Origin: Polyangiaceae bacterium
GTDB lineage: Bacteria; Myxococcota_A; Polyangia; Polyangiales; Polyangiaceae
Length of the DNA: 64,000 nt
Assembly (NCBI GenBank): GCA_965222375.1
Contig: CBDCTZ010000012.1
Coordinates: 64,001-128,000 of the forward strand
Reading direction: 5' to 3'
Shown: positions 51,427 to 61,911 of the stretch, piece after piece
Position numbering within the stretch: the first letter of the stretch is position 1
How the letters are laid out: every line of letters starts with the position of its first letter
Position numbers and translations under genes: made by a program
Notes under the pieces: generated by a model
Database searches by the model: none
Told to the model about the DNA's origin: nothing
The model's input: the letters and a program-made list of their open reading frames with translations, nothing else

Positions 51427-52608
51427 TCAGAAGCGCAGGACCACTTTGGGGAAAGTCTGGATCTTGTCTTCGAAGTCGCCGACTTCGTATTTGTCGAAGT
51501 CGACGATGGGGCCGTCGCCGCGGTTGAGCATCACTTCCCAGATCAAGTCGTGGATGTTCGGCTGTCGGCTCTCCAACAGGTGTCTTGTGATGTGCCACGT
51601 TTCCGGGATGCGACGGCCAATCACGCTGTGCATGGCGATGCCGTCCACGATGACGCGGTCGAAGCTCTCGATGATGGCGTCGCCGCTCTTGAGGCCGAAG
51701 AGGATGACGTCGCCGCCTCGGCGCACGCAGTGGATGGCGTTGTTCACGCTGGAGTTCAGCCCGCTCATCTCCAGCACCACGTCCACGCCCACGCCGTCGG
51801 TCAGTTTGCGGATTTGCGCGCCCAACTCGGGATCGTGGGAGTAACCGTCCGGGCTGTCGCCGGGCACGAGAACGTTGTCGGCACCAAGGCGCCGCGCCAT
51901 CTCGGCGTGGCTGGCGACGGGCTCCACGCCGATGACCTGGTGGGCACCCAAGGCTCGGGCGATGGCAACGGCGAAGAGGCCAATCGTGCCGCAGCCAACG
52001 ATGGCGACGCGCTTACCTCGCAGGTTCACTTTTGTGCAGGCGTGCACGGCGTTGCCGAAGGGCTCTTGGACCGCGGCCACTTCGGGGCGGATCTTGTCCG
52101 TGTTGGTACGCCAAATCACCTTTGCAGGCAGCTTGACCAACTCGGCGAAGGCGCCGTCGTAGCTGATCCCGATGATCAAATCGTCGGCGCAGACGTGCGC
52201 GTCGCCTATTCGGCACTGATAGCAAACCCCGCAATAGATGTGACTCTCGGCGGCCACGAGGTCGCCGACCTCTAGGCCGTGGGTTCGGCTGGCATCGCTG
52301 CCGACGGCGACCACCTCGCCAAACAGCTCGTGACCGATGATTCGCCTGGCCTTGGCTGTCCGGGCTTCCTTGGCCTCGCGATCCAGCGAGCCGAAGATCA
52401 TGTCCTTGAAGGCGCGACGGAACCAGATCCCCCGATCGGACCCACAGAATCCGACGTAGCGGGGCTTGATCAGAACTCGGGAGCGATCGTGGTAATCGGC
52501 GCGCTCATCGAGGGTCGCCGCGTCCACTTCGACCATACGCAGGCCCTTGCTGCTCTCCCAGGGGTCGTGCTCACGGTCGTAGACCAGCGCTCGCATGGAC
52601 GGAGTCAT
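51427..52608 (-). CDS. tdh: L-threonine 3-dehydrogenase-like Zn dehydrogenase
   Basis: [32 protein letters not shown]; directly upstream of kbl. Confidence 0.85.
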   Translation of the reverse strand: MTPSMRALVYDREHDPWESSKGLRMVEVDAATLDERADYHDRSRVLIKPRYVGFCGSDRGIWFRRAFKDMIFGSLDREAKEARTAKARRIIGHELFGEVVAVGSDASRTHGLEVGDLVAAESHIYCGVCYQCRIGDAHVCADDLIIGISYDGAFAELVKLPAKVIWRTNTDKIRPEVAAVQEPFGNAVHACTKVNLRGKRVAIVGCGTIGLFAVAIARALGAHQVIGVEPVASHAEMARRLGADNVLVPGDSPDGYSHDPELGAQIRKLTDGVGVDVVLEMSGLNSSVNNAIHCVRRGGDVILFGLKSGDAIIESFDRVIVDGIAMHSVIGRRIPETWHITRHLLESRQPNIHDLIWEVMLNRGDGPIVDFDKYEVGDFEDKIQTFPKVVLRF

Positions 52609-52770
52609 TGGCGGTTTCTTACGACGCTGGCGCCGCGGGGTCGAGAGCGGGCTTTGCTCTGGGTGGGATCTGAGGAAGTGTCGCCCGGGTGAAGCCCAAA
52701 TGCACGCACGCGCCGGCAGCGAGTGACGCAGCGCGGCGCGTGGGTGGCCTGGGCGCGAGGGCCCTTTGGG

Positions 52771-53397
52771 CTATTTCTTGGGAAGTTTGAAGGGCAGCTT
52801 CAGGCGGCCCTTCTTGGGCGGAGCGGCGTCCGGCTTGGGGGGCGCTGCCGCGTCGGGCTTGGGGGCCGCGGCGTCGGGCTTGGCGGCGGCGGCATCAGGT
52901 TTGGGGGCCGCGGCGTCGGGTTTGGGCACGACGACGACACCAGCGTCCTGCTTCTTCACCTTTTCGATGTCGATCTTCAGGACGATGGTGGAGAGGTGCT
53001 TCGAGAGGATCCACGCCGGCGACAGCTCACCGACGCCGGAGGGGTAATCAATCAGAGTCCAATTGCCCATGCGGGCTTTGCGGTTGACCAGGGTGCCGCG
53101 GGATAGGGTCGCCACGTGGTCCACGCTGTCGTCGGCCTCGTTGTAGATCTTGGCGCTGAAGACCCGGACTTTGACGGTGCCCTTCTCTTCGGTCTCCTTG
53201 GAGCCGTAGCGCTTGACCTCGTCCTTCTTCTTGGGCTCTTCCTTCTTGGGCTCTTCCTTGGGAGGTTCGGGTGCTGGCGCAGCCGATGCAACCGGAGGTG
53301 GCGCCTCCTCCTTCTTCTTGCACGCCAAAAGGGCCCCCACCACGAGCGCGGCCGCGCCCAATGTCGTCCACTTGTCCAGCTTCATCATGCCTGGCAT
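52771..53397 (-). CDS. Lipoprotein with an SH3-like domain and KPDAA repeats
   Basis: Lipobox LLAC; VATLSRGTLV...GNWTLI...WI; five KPDAA repeats. Confidence 0.7.
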   Translation of the reverse strand: MPGMMKLDKWTTLGAAALVVGALLACKKKEEAPPPVASAAPAPEPPKEEPKKEEPKKKDEVKRYGSKETEEKGTVKVRVFSAKIYNEADDSVDHVATLSRGTLVNRKARMGNWTLIDYPSGVGELSPAWILSKHLSTIVLKIDIEKVKKQDAGVVVVPKPDAAAPKPDAAAAKPDAAAPKPDAAAPPKPDAAPPKKGRLKLPFKLPKK

Positions 53398-53528
53398 TCC
53401 TCCTAGAAGTTCCGGACCCTAGGCCATTTTGCGCCGTTCGCCCAGACCTGGGCGCCTTGGTGGCAAAGCGCGGAGGAAATCGGCCTGGGTGCCCACGCTG
53501 CGCCGCGAAGCAGCGGGCGGCGGGCCGC

Positions 53529-54398
53529 TCAACGGGCGCGGCGTCTTTTCGTCGCGGTGCGTCGACTCAGCGCTGCGCCGCTTGGGGTCTGCTCGAAAAG
53601 CATGGTGCGCAACGCGCCCGCTGCGGGGCTGAGCAGCTTCTTGCCACGGTGAACGATGCTGAGCTTCCGGCGCAAGGGGGTACGCGGGTGGCGCAGGCGG
53701 TACAGGCGTTGGTTGGCCAACTCGACTTGAACCGCGGCATCGCTGATCAGCGCGATGCCAATGCCGGCGCGAACATGGCGCTTGACCGCGGCGATGCTCG
53801 CTAGCTCCATCACGATTTCGGCGCCGGCGAAGTTGCGGTCCAAGGCCGCTCGCGTACTGGTGCCACTCAGGAAGGTGACGAAGGGTTGTCCCTCGGCACG
53901 GACCCGCTGGGCACCAACCAGGATGAAGGCGTCACCGCCCCAGGGTTCCCCTTCAGTGTCGGGCACGATGGCGAGGTCCAGCTCCCCGCGATCGACTCCC
54001 TGCCGCGATTGCTCGGGAGTCATCTCCGACAGCACGATTCGGATCTTCGGATGCTTCTTCCGGAAGCGAGCCAACACTGGCGGCAACATGTAGGTGGCGA
54101 CGGTTCCGCCAGCGCCGATTCGGACCTCTCCGGTGTCGAGGTCCTCGACTTCACGCACCGCCTGCAGCGCGTCTCCGAAGTTCGCCAACACCGCCTGGGC
54201 GCGTGGCACCAGAGCCCAGCCTGCGGCGGTGGGCTCCGCACCCTTGCGGCCGCGGTGCAGTAGGCGCGATCCAAAGTGAGACTCGAGTCGCTTCAGGGAA
54301 GCCGATAGCGCGGGTTGAGACAAGTGTGCGTAGCGCGCCGCCTCGGTGACCGTGCCGTGCTTCACCACGAGCAGGAAGTGCTGCAACTCATCTAGCAT
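53529..54398 (-). CDS. LysR-family transcriptional regulator
   Basis: TEAARYAHLSQPALSASLKRLE HTH. Confidence 0.93.
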   Translation of the reverse strand: MLDELQHFLLVVKHGTVTEAARYAHLSQPALSASLKRLESHFGSRLLHRGRKGAEPTAAGWALVPRAQAVLANFGDALQAVREVEDLDTGEVRIGAGGTVATYMLPPVLARFRKKHPKIRIVLSEMTPEQSRQGVDRGELDLAIVPDTEGEPWGGDAFILVGAQRVRAEGQPFVTFLSGTSTRAALDRNFAGAEIVMELASIAAVKRHVRAGIGIALISDAAVQVELANQRLYRLRHPRTPLRRKLSIVHRGKKLLSPAAGALRTMLFEQTPSGAALSRRTATKRRRAR

Positions 54399-54447
54399 AA
54401 ACAAATACTATCATAATCAAAAAATATATCGATTAGACGAATGATCG

Positions 54448-55185
54448 GTGCGCCCGCATGGTGGGTGGGTGACCTGGGTGTTGCTGATTTGCATGAGCGT
54501 CTTCGCTGGAGGGCTCAGCACCGTGGCGGGAGCCGGCGGTGGACTCCTGCTGCTGTTGGCGCTGTCGGTCGTGTGGGAGCCGGCGCGGGCTCTAGCCGTG
54601 ACTGCGCCCGCGTTGCTGCTCGGCAACGTGCATCGAGCGGTCAGCCTACGAGGCGCCGCGGACCACGAGGTTGCGAAGACCTTCGCTGTGGGTGCGTTCC
54701 CTGCGGGGCTCCTCGGTGGGTTGCTCGCTGGGGTCATCCCGGGAGCCGTCGTGCAATGGCTGCTGGTGGTCATGACGGCCGCGTCGCTGGTTCGGGCGCT
54801 TCTGCGCTTGCGTATTCAGGTGCCACGGGGCGCGCTCTTCGGTGGCGGTGCTGGCATCGGTTTGCTCACCGGCGCGACCGGTGGTGCTGGCATGTTGGTT
54901 TCGCCGCTTCTGCTCGCGAGAGGGCTGGTCGCGGACCGCTACGTAGCGACCGGCGCGATCTGCGGCGTCGTGCTGCATGTATCGCGCGTGGTCGGCTATG
55001 GCGCGTCTGGCCTGTTCAGCGCTTCGGTTTGGCAGGATGCTGCCCTGGCCACGACCTGTCTGCTCTTCGGGAACCTCGTGGGCATTCGCCTGCGGCCGTG
55101 GGCTCGACGCTTGCCCACGGGCTTGCTGGAGCACGGCGTCTTGCTCGCCGGCGTGTGCGTTGGGGTGGTGGGGGTGTGCCTATGA
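54448..55185 (+). CDS. TauE/SafE (TSUP) family membrane transporter
   Basis: AGAGGG and TGGAG motifs, ~8 TM segments; divergent from LysR across an AT-rich gap. Confidence 0.8.
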   Translation: MRPHGGWVTWVLLICMSVFAGGLSTVAGAGGGLLLLLALSVVWEPARALAVTAPALLLGNVHRAVSLRGAADHEVAKTFAVGAFPAGLLGGLLAGVIPGAVVQWLLVVMTAASLVRALLRLRIQVPRGALFGGGAGIGLLTGATGGAGMLVSPLLLARGLVADRYVATGAICGVVLHVSRVVGYGASGLFSASVWQDAALATTCLLFGNLVGIRLRPWARRLPTGLLEHGVLLAGVCVGVVGVCL

Positions 55186-55195
55186 GGGCCCAAGC

Positions 55196-56533
55196 TCACT
55201 TCGGTGGTGGTGGCGTCGTTTCGCTCACTGGCGGCCGCTTCTGTAGACACTTGTCGATGGCTGCGACCAGTGCTGGATCCGCTTCTTTGGGCAAGCGGGG
55301 GCGACCCATCACGTTGGTCAGCAGTCGGTCCCAGGTAATGCCCCCCGAGGCGGCGAAGCTCATCCAGACGAACATGGCGCGGCCCTTGATGTTGGCGAAG
55401 GGCGCACCGCCACCGCGGCCGTTGTTCCAGGCTCGGGAGTCACTGGAGTTGTTGCGGTTATCGCCGAGGACCCAGACCTCGCCCTCTTTGACCTTGTAGG
55501 GCCCTTGGCGGCCATCGAAGCGCTCCTCTTCAAACAGGGTCAAGTAGGAGTATTCGCCCAGGTACTCGACGAAGAGCTCACCGCGCTTCTTGAAGGCTTC
55601 GTCGCCCTCGGAAAACTCGTAGTGGCCCACACTACAGCTGGGAACTCGCCAACCGTTGATCAGTGGGTGCCCACTTTCGACAGTCAGGGTGTCTCCAGGC
55701 AGCGCGATTACGCGCTTGATGAAGTCCTGGCGCTCGTTCGTTGGATTGGGATCCGGGAACTCGAAGACCATCACGTCGCCGTGCTTTGGCGGTAGGCGCT
55801 TCCAAACTCGGGTCTTGGTGAAAGGGATCGTCGGGCCGTAGATGAACTTGTTGACGAAGATGTGGTCTTGGATCTGCAGCGTTGGCAGCATGCTGCCGCT
55901 GGGGATCTTGAAGGCCTCCACGACGAACGCTCGCAACAACAGGGCGACAGCCACCGCAATGCCGATGGACTCCGCGTACTCCCGCAGCTCGCCTTTGCGC
56001 CAGCGGCCCAAGTGCCGATCCACGAGGGTGGCGCTGTCTTCGAACGCCGCATGAAAAGCGTCGGGGTCGAATCTCTCGGCCTCCATGGTCTCCCGCAACT
56101 CGGAGAGCGCGGCTTCCAGCTTTTCGCGAGCACTCGACGGTACATGGCGAGCGATGGCCTTCTCGTTCTTCTTCCGCAGACGAGCGGTCTCTTCGAGCAG
56201 GTGGGCGGCTTGTTCGAACTCCCGGCGCTGGTCGGGGTGCAGATCTGGCCGGCCGCCCAGCCCAACGCGATCCGCGAAGGGCAGGCTGTAGCGGTAGTGA
56301 TACAGCACCATCTCGAACAACGTGAACAGCACGATGCCCACGGGCACGGGCTGGTCGTGGACCCAGAAGCGCATCTTCTCGAAGCCCGTCGAGTAGGGAT
56401 CAGGGATTGCGGGTTTGAGCAGCCAAATCGTCAGCGCCGCTAGAGCAGCGGGCACGGCCACGAACCAGAGGGCGTAGAATGCGGTGCGGAGCAGCTTGGG
56501 GCTGGTCAATGGGGTGGCTACAGGCTCGGACAA
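55196..56533 (-). CDS. lepB: Signal peptidase I with a long N-terminal extension
   Basis: AFKIPSGSMLPTL, DFIKRVI, GDNRNNSSDSR. Confidence 0.93.
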   Translation of the reverse strand: MSEPVATPLTSPKLLRTAFYALWFVAVPAALAALTIWLLKPAIPDPYSTGFEKMRFWVHDQPVPVGIVLFTLFEMVLYHYRYSLPFADRVGLGGRPDLHPDQRREFEQAAHLLEETARLRKKNEKAIARHVPSSAREKLEAALSELRETMEAERFDPDAFHAAFEDSATLVDRHLGRWRKGELREYAESIGIAVAVALLLRAFVVEAFKIPSGSMLPTLQIQDHIFVNKFIYGPTIPFTKTRVWKRLPPKHGDVMVFEFPDPNPTNERQDFIKRVIALPGDTLTVESGHPLINGWRVPSCSVGHYEFSEGDEAFKKRGELFVEYLGEYSYLTLFEEERFDGRQGPYKVKEGEVWVLGDNRNNSSDSRAWNNGRGGGAPFANIKGRAMFVWMSFAASGGITWDRLLTNVMGRPRLPKEADPALVAAIDKCLQKRPPVSETTPPPPK

Positions 56534-56691
56534 GGGAGGACCTTGGGGCTTCTACCCGTGCTTTTGCCCCTGGGCAAGCCCGTGGGACAACTCACGGGTC
56601 TTGGCAGCGGGGGGACTGTTCGGGCCCTAGCTGGCGTCGGCAGCGGTCGACAACTCGGATGAGCCGTGGGAGAGCAATGGCTCCTGTCGAG

Positions 56692-58164
56692 TCAGTAGTC
56701 GTAGACAGTCGTGAAAACGTCAACGCCGCTTGGGGTCGTCGTCTCCTTGCCGCCTGGGTGGTCGAAGCGGCTGGTGGTGTGGCCGATGATCGCAAAGCGC
56801 CCGCCGCGAACGTCGACGCCGCGGCAGCGCACCTGACCCGGACCGTCGAACATGCCGTATGTCAGGACCGCCCCGTCTTGGTCCAGGACGAGTGCCCACC
56901 CGTTCACGGTTGTGGCGTTGGCTGGTGAGAAGGTCCCGCTGCCGAAATGGACGTCGCCCGTGCCTTCTCCCACGGCGAAGATGTGACCTTGTTCGTCCGT
57001 TTCCAGGTCAAAGAGATGCACCTTGTTGGTGCCCGTGATGGGTCGTACCCAGACCACGGTCCCGTCGCGTCGGATGCGACTCAAGAACGCGTTCGCAACG
57101 TTCCCGCCGGGCGCGATACTCTGCGAGCCGATCTTCGTCGCCTCGTCGAAACTTGCTCCAACCACGACCGAGCCGTCGGGCAGCGAGGCGACGGTCCAGG
57201 CTTCGAGCGCGCCGGAGTCGCCGAAGCTGAACACGTCCTTCGGTGTGCCGGTGGCATCAAACCACGCCACGATCACACTCTGATTGGGCGGTACTAGGGG
57301 AAAGTTGGTCATCTTGCCGCCGTTGCTGCCGACAACCACGATCTCCGTGCTGGTGGTGGCAATGTCGTTGCAGAGCAAGGGGCCCGTGGAAGTGATTCGA
57401 GAGCCCCAATTGCTGCTCGACAGCTGCTTGGCGACCAAGCAGGAGTTGCCCCCGCTGGAGGACGCGAGGGGGATTCCGTTGATCGACGTGTCGGAGGAGT
57501 TGGACCAGCCGCTGAAGTAGACGCCATCGAGAGCGGTTGCGTCGGTGTTGGTCACGCCGGTGATGCGTTCTGTCGAGAAACCCGATGCATAGACCACCTC
57601 GACGCTCGATGACTTGACCACGGCCAGCAGGCCATCGTTGCTCTGGCCTTTGTAGCCGTTCTGGAACGGGGAGGCCACCAAGAAGCTACCCGCGATGAGG
57701 GGGTATTGGCTCGTAACACCCACGCTGAGGTCGAGGGCGGCGGATTGGTGGCCGGACTCGGCACCGGTGAAGCTCCTCGGCGAGCCCGACCCGCCAGTAG
57801 GGTTGAATTCCGCCAGGCGGATGTGTGATCCGTTGGGATCGTCAAACACCGAATAGACTCCCCGGTCGGCGCGAACCCCAACGTCTCCGGCGCGTTGGTT
57901 GTCGGGCAGGTTGGTCAACTTCAGCCACTGGAATGTGGGCGAGATGGGTCCCGCGTCCGCCAAAGCACCGCCGGTACCGGCTGCGCCTCCCATGGAACCA
58001 GCGCTGCCCCCAGCGCCACTCGCAGCTCCAGTTCCGGCGCTGCCTCCTCCACTACCTGCAGCGCCACCGCTGCTGGCCGCGTCCGGCGTCCCCACGGCGT
58101 TGAACTCCGGCGTACTGCAAGCACTAAGCAGTGCCGCACTTGCCACGAGCAGAACCAGCCGCAT
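56692..58164 (-). CDS. Beta-propeller lipoprotein with Gly-rich linker
   Basis: Lipobox LSAC; blade-like repeats. Confidence 0.7.
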   Translation of the reverse strand: MRLVLLVASAALLSACSTPEFNAVGTPDAASSGGAAGSGGGSAGTGAASGAGGSAGSMGGAAGTGGALADAGPISPTFQWLKLTNLPDNQRAGDVGVRADRGVYSVFDDPNGSHIRLAEFNPTGGSGSPRSFTGAESGHQSAALDLSVGVTSQYPLIAGSFLVASPFQNGYKGQSNDGLLAVVKSSSVEVVYASGFSTERITGVTNTDATALDGVYFSGWSNSSDTSINGIPLASSSGGNSCLVAKQLSSSNWGSRITSTGPLLCNDIATTSTEIVVVGSNGGKMTNFPLVPPNQSVIVAWFDATGTPKDVFSFGDSGALEAWTVASLPDGSVVVGASFDEATKIGSQSIAPGGNVANAFLSRIRRDGTVVWVRPITGTNKVHLFDLETDEQGHIFAVGEGTGDVHFGSGTFSPANATTVNGWALVLDQDGAVLTYGMFDGPGQVRCRGVDVRGGRFAIIGHTTSRFDHPGGKETTTPSGVDVFTTVYDY

Positions 58165-58205
58165 CACCAGAGTCTAGGTGAGGCGACGGGGTGCTTCAAT
58201 CGCGA

Positions 58206-59282
58206 TCACGGCGCGTCATCTAACTGCACCGCATAGTCTACCTTTGCCGCCCGGTCGTCGCCCGCAACTGCTGGGGGCATGGTGCGACCGACCTGCGCGC
58301 TGTGATCGACCACTAGATAGTAGAGGCCCTTGGGGGCGTTGACGAAACGCTTCCAGGGGCGCCCTTGCACCAGAGGATCGTCGAGGCGTGGCGGCGCGGG
58401 CAGGGCGGCGGCGCCAGGGTTTTTGACGTAATGCTCGATCATTTGGTCCCCGAGGTTTTTCGGCACCAGGAAGATGTCCACGCCTGGGGCGCCATCGACG
58501 GTCATGGTCAGATAGAAGGCTTGGTCGTCGTCTTCGACTTCGAAGCCGCCAATGAAATCCTGCTGGCCGGTATGCACTTCGGTACGGTCGTTGGCCAGAG
58601 TGATGCGTTCGCTCTTGATGAAGAAGGGTTTGAAGGGCTTGCGCCCCTTGGGTACGTAGCCCGTGGCGAAGTCCGTGGAGCCGTCGCTGTCGTAGCGGAT
58701 CACAGTGAAGCCACGGCGGAGCTGGGCTTCGACGATCTGGCGACCGAGTTGATCGGGGTTGATGCCGGTCAGTGCCATGCCGCCGCGGGCGAAGGAACTC
58801 TCCACTAGCGTGGTCTGGAAGGTATTCGCATCGACCTTGCGCGGGCGGAAGTAGATGTACATCGCGCCGTCGTCATCAAGTTGGAAGTCCGGCGCGTACT
58901 CGATCAGTCCGGCAGCTGTAAACCCGATGCGGCCGCTCAGGTTCGTCCAACCGTAGCCCCTGCCCGTGTATTGCACGACCAGGCTCTTGCGGCTGTCATC
59001 GTCGATCACGGTTTGGTTGCAGCTATTGGCGAAGAACCGCCCCACCACCGGTTGATCGTCGGCCAGCTTCAGGGGCGCGCCTCGTCGAGTCATCTCGAAG
59101 CAGAAGCGCTCCAGGCCGAACTTCAGGATGTCAAAGCGTAGGGATTTGTTTTTTGGGTTGTTGATGACACCCGGACCGAGAACGCCCATGGCGCTGGCAC
59201 CCACAGTCTCCTTTTTGGGGCAGCCCGAGAGCATCAGGGACGTGAGCGCGACGAGTGTCAGAAGGACAATGCGGCGGAACAT
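58206..59282 (-). CDS. Hypothetical lipoprotein
   Basis: Lipobox LSGC; 358-aa ORF with coding-like codon bias. Confidence 0.75.
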   Translation of the reverse strand: MFRRIVLLTLVALTSLMLSGCPKKETVGASAMGVLGPGVINNPKNKSLRFDILKFGLERFCFEMTRRGAPLKLADDQPVVGRFFANSCNQTVIDDDSRKSLVVQYTGRGYGWTNLSGRIGFTAAGLIEYAPDFQLDDDGAMYIYFRPRKVDANTFQTTLVESSFARGGMALTGINPDQLGRQIVEAQLRRGFTVIRYDSDGSTDFATGYVPKGRKPFKPFFIKSERITLANDRTEVHTGQQDFIGGFEVEDDDQAFYLTMTVDGAPGVDIFLVPKNLGDQMIEHYVKNPGAAALPAPPRLDDPLVQGRPWKRFVNAPKGLYYLVVDHSAQVGRTMPPAVAGDDRAAKVDYAVQLDDAP

Positions 59283-59378
59283 TTCGACTAACCATAGATC
59301 CGAAAGCGCTGATGGTGGAAAGAGGCCAGGAAAACTGCGTTGACATGGCGCCCTGGAGGGGAAATAGCTGGGCGTTGC

Positions 59379-60383
59379 ATGGGTCAGGTCACGGTCGTCG
59401 GGTCAGGTGCGTGGGGAACGGCGCTCGCGAACTTGCTCGCGCGCCAAGGGGAGCAGGTGTTCTTGTGGGCGTGGCAAGCAGCGCACGCCACGGCCATGGC
59501 TCGCGACCGTGAGAACCGAGAGTTCTTCCCGGGTAACCCTTTGCATGACAGTGTCACGCCGGTCTCGGGTACCCAGGATGGATTCCAGGGTAGCGATTTG
59601 ATCGTGCTGGTTGTTCCGTCCCACGCCATGCGGGCGACGCTGACCGATCTGCGTGATTGTATTCCGGGGGACGCGGCGCTGGTCAGCGCCACCAAGGGAA
59701 TCGAAAACGACTCCCTGATGCTGATGAGCGAAGTTGTCGAGGAGGTCTTGGGTCCAGAGGTTCAGCCGCGCTGCGCGTTCCTCTCCGGGCCGAGCTTCGC
59801 GAAAGAGGTGGAGCGGCTGATGCCCACGAACGTGGTAGTGGCGGGGGCGGACGAGGCGCTCGTTCAGCAGGTGCAGCGGCGATTCGCTACCGAGCGCTTC
59901 CGCGTTTACGCTAGCGACGATCCCGTCGGCGTAGAAGTGGGCGGCGCGACGAAGAACGTCATCGCGATTGCCGCGGGCGCTTGTGACGGTCTCGGCTTCG
60001 GGCACAACACTCGGGCGGCACTCATCACGCGAGGTTTGGTGGAGATTTCCCGCATCGCCGTGGCTAAGGGCGGCAGCCCTCGGACCTTGGGCGGATTGGC
60101 TGGAATGGGCGACCTAGTTCTAACCTGCACTGGGGACTTGAGTCGGAACCGAACCGTCGGGCTGCAAATGGGGCAGGGCCGAACTTTGGACGAAGTATTG
60201 GTTGCGCTGGGCCATGTGGCAGAGGGCGTAAGGACGGCGCGCAGCACCTACCACTTGGCGCAACGCTTGGGAGTCGAGCTTCCGATCTGCAACGAGGTCT
60301 ACCGAGTGCTCTACGAGAACAAGCCGCCGCTCCAGGCGGTGCAAGACGTACTGACGCGTCCGCTGAAAAAGGAATTCGACTGA
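59379..60383 (+). CDS. gpsA: NAD(P)H-dependent glycerol-3-phosphate dehydrogenase
   Basis: GSGAWGTALA, TKGIE, SGPSFAKE, KNVIAIAAG, GDLVLTC...SRN. Confidence 0.96.
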   Translation: MGQVTVVGSGAWGTALANLLARQGEQVFLWAWQAAHATAMARDRENREFFPGNPLHDSVTPVSGTQDGFQGSDLIVLVVPSHAMRATLTDLRDCIPGDAALVSATKGIENDSLMLMSEVVEEVLGPEVQPRCAFLSGPSFAKEVERLMPTNVVVAGADEALVQQVQRRFATERFRVYASDDPVGVEVGGATKNVIAIAAGACDGLGFGHNTRAALITRGLVEISRIAVAKGGSPRTLGGLAGMGDLVLTCTGDLSRNRTVGLQMGQGRTLDEVLVALGHVAEGVRTARSTYHLAQRLGVELPICNEVYRVLYENKPPLQAVQDVLTRPLKKEFD

Positions 60384-60560
60384 GGGCTGCGGTCCAACAT
60401 CGCCACTTGCCCCGCCGGCTATCCGAACCGAGAGCTCGTCTACTGACCGAGAGTCAGAGCGAAACTTGCAGCGCCGTCGTGAGTGAAATGACCGGCGTCA
60501 GGCGTCATCCCACATTGTGTGTTTCGGACTCGCGTCTGCACATCCGCTATACTCTGGGCA

Positions 60561-61844
60561 ATGCGTGCTCTTCAGCGTCTCGTCGCGGGCGTCGCCTTCA
60601 CGCTGACCGCGGTGGTCCTTGCTGCTTGTTCCTTTTCCTCTCTGGATGAGCTGAAGGAAAACGCCAATCTCAGCGCGGACGCTGGGGGCGGACAAGGTGG
60701 CGCGGGCGGGCAAGGCGCGACATCGGGCGCGGGGGGCATGGGTGGGGGCGCCGGCTGCAAGGCGGACACCTGCGAATCCCTGGGTGCCGCTTGCGGGGAA
60801 GTGAGCGATTCCTGCGGTGGCACGCTCAGCTGTGGGGACTGCACGCTCGGCGAGTTTTGCGGCGGCGGCGGCCCGTATCAATGCGGCACGACCGTCTGCA
60901 AGCCCGCCACCTGCGCCGCCCTTGGCGCAAACTGCGGCACGGTTTCCGATGGCTGTAGCGCCGTGATCGACTGCGGGGACTGCACCGCCCCGAACACCTG
61001 CTCTGGTGGAGGCATGGCCAATGTCTGCGGTTGCACGCCGAAGACCTGTGCGGACTTGGGCGCGAATTGCGGCACCATCGACGATGGCTGCGGCAATACG
61101 CTGTCTTGCGGCGTTTGCAGCGGCAACGAGAAATGCACTGCCAACACATGTGGCTGCACGAAGACGACCTGTCAGGCGCAGGGTGCAGAATGTGGGGCCG
61201 TGCCCGACGCCTGTGGCGGCACACTAGACTGTGGAAGCTGTAGCGGCTCTCAGATTTGTGGCGGAGCAGGAGCGAACAAGTGCGGTTCGGCGCCCTGCGT
61301 GCCGAAGACTTGCAGCTCCGAAGGTGCAACCTGCGGTGGCATCAGTGACGGATGTGGCAAGACTCTCAATTGCGGGTCCTGTGCGAAACCCCAGACCTGC
61401 GGCGGAAGCGGAACGGCGAACAAGTGCGGTTGCACGCCGAAGACCTGTTCACAGCTCGGCAAGAACTGTGGCAGCGTCAGTGACGGTTGCGGCAAGACGC
61501 TCAGCTGCGGCTCCTGCAAACTCCCGCAAAGCTGCGGTGGTGGCGGGACATCGAACGTATGCGGCTGCACTGCGGGCAGCCCTTGCGCCAACAAGAACTG
61601 CGGTACCGTCACCGACGGCTGTGGCAAGAGCGTGAGCTGTGGCACCTGTACCGCGCCGGAAACCTGCGGTGGGGGTGGCTCCGCGAACAACTGCGGCTGC
61701 AAGCCCAAGAAGTTCTGCACCAACGAGTGCGGTTCCGAGCCCGACGGCTGCGGGGGCACGCTGAGTTGCGGTATCTGCGAGCCAGGCTACAAATGCTTGG
61801 GTGGCAACTGCGAATGCATCAAGTCGCCCTGCATTCCCTTCTGA
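60561..61844 (+). CDS. Cys-rich tandem-repeat lipoprotein
   Basis: Lipobox LAAC; ~9 repeats of CG..(S/D/P/T)D(G/S/A)C...L.CG.C. Confidence 0.82.
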   Translation: MRALQRLVAGVAFTLTAVVLAACSFSSLDELKENANLSADAGGGQGGAGGQGATSGAGGMGGGAGCKADTCESLGAACGEVSDSCGGTLSCGDCTLGEFCGGGGPYQCGTTVCKPATCAALGANCGTVSDGCSAVIDCGDCTAPNTCSGGGMANVCGCTPKTCADLGANCGTIDDGCGNTLSCGVCSGNEKCTANTCGCTKTTCQAQGAECGAVPDACGGTLDCGSCSGSQICGGAGANKCGSAPCVPKTCSSEGATCGGISDGCGKTLNCGSCAKPQTCGGSGTANKCGCTPKTCSQLGKNCGSVSDGCGKTLSCGSCKLPQSCGGGGTSNVCGCTAGSPCANKNCGTVTDGCGKSVSCGTCTAPETCGGGGSANNCGCKPKKFCTNECGSEPDGCGGTLSCGICEPGYKCLGGNCECIKSPCIPF

Positions 61845-61911
61845 GAGGCGCCCTTTGACCGAGGCCCCTTGCAACTCGGGCAAGGTCGGACAATCGTCTT
61901 GGGCAGTGACC

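Noticed and set aside
61870..61898. ECF-type promoter TGCAAC...CGTC before the 61912 gene
   Set aside because: The 19-nt spacer is long and the motif too short to support.
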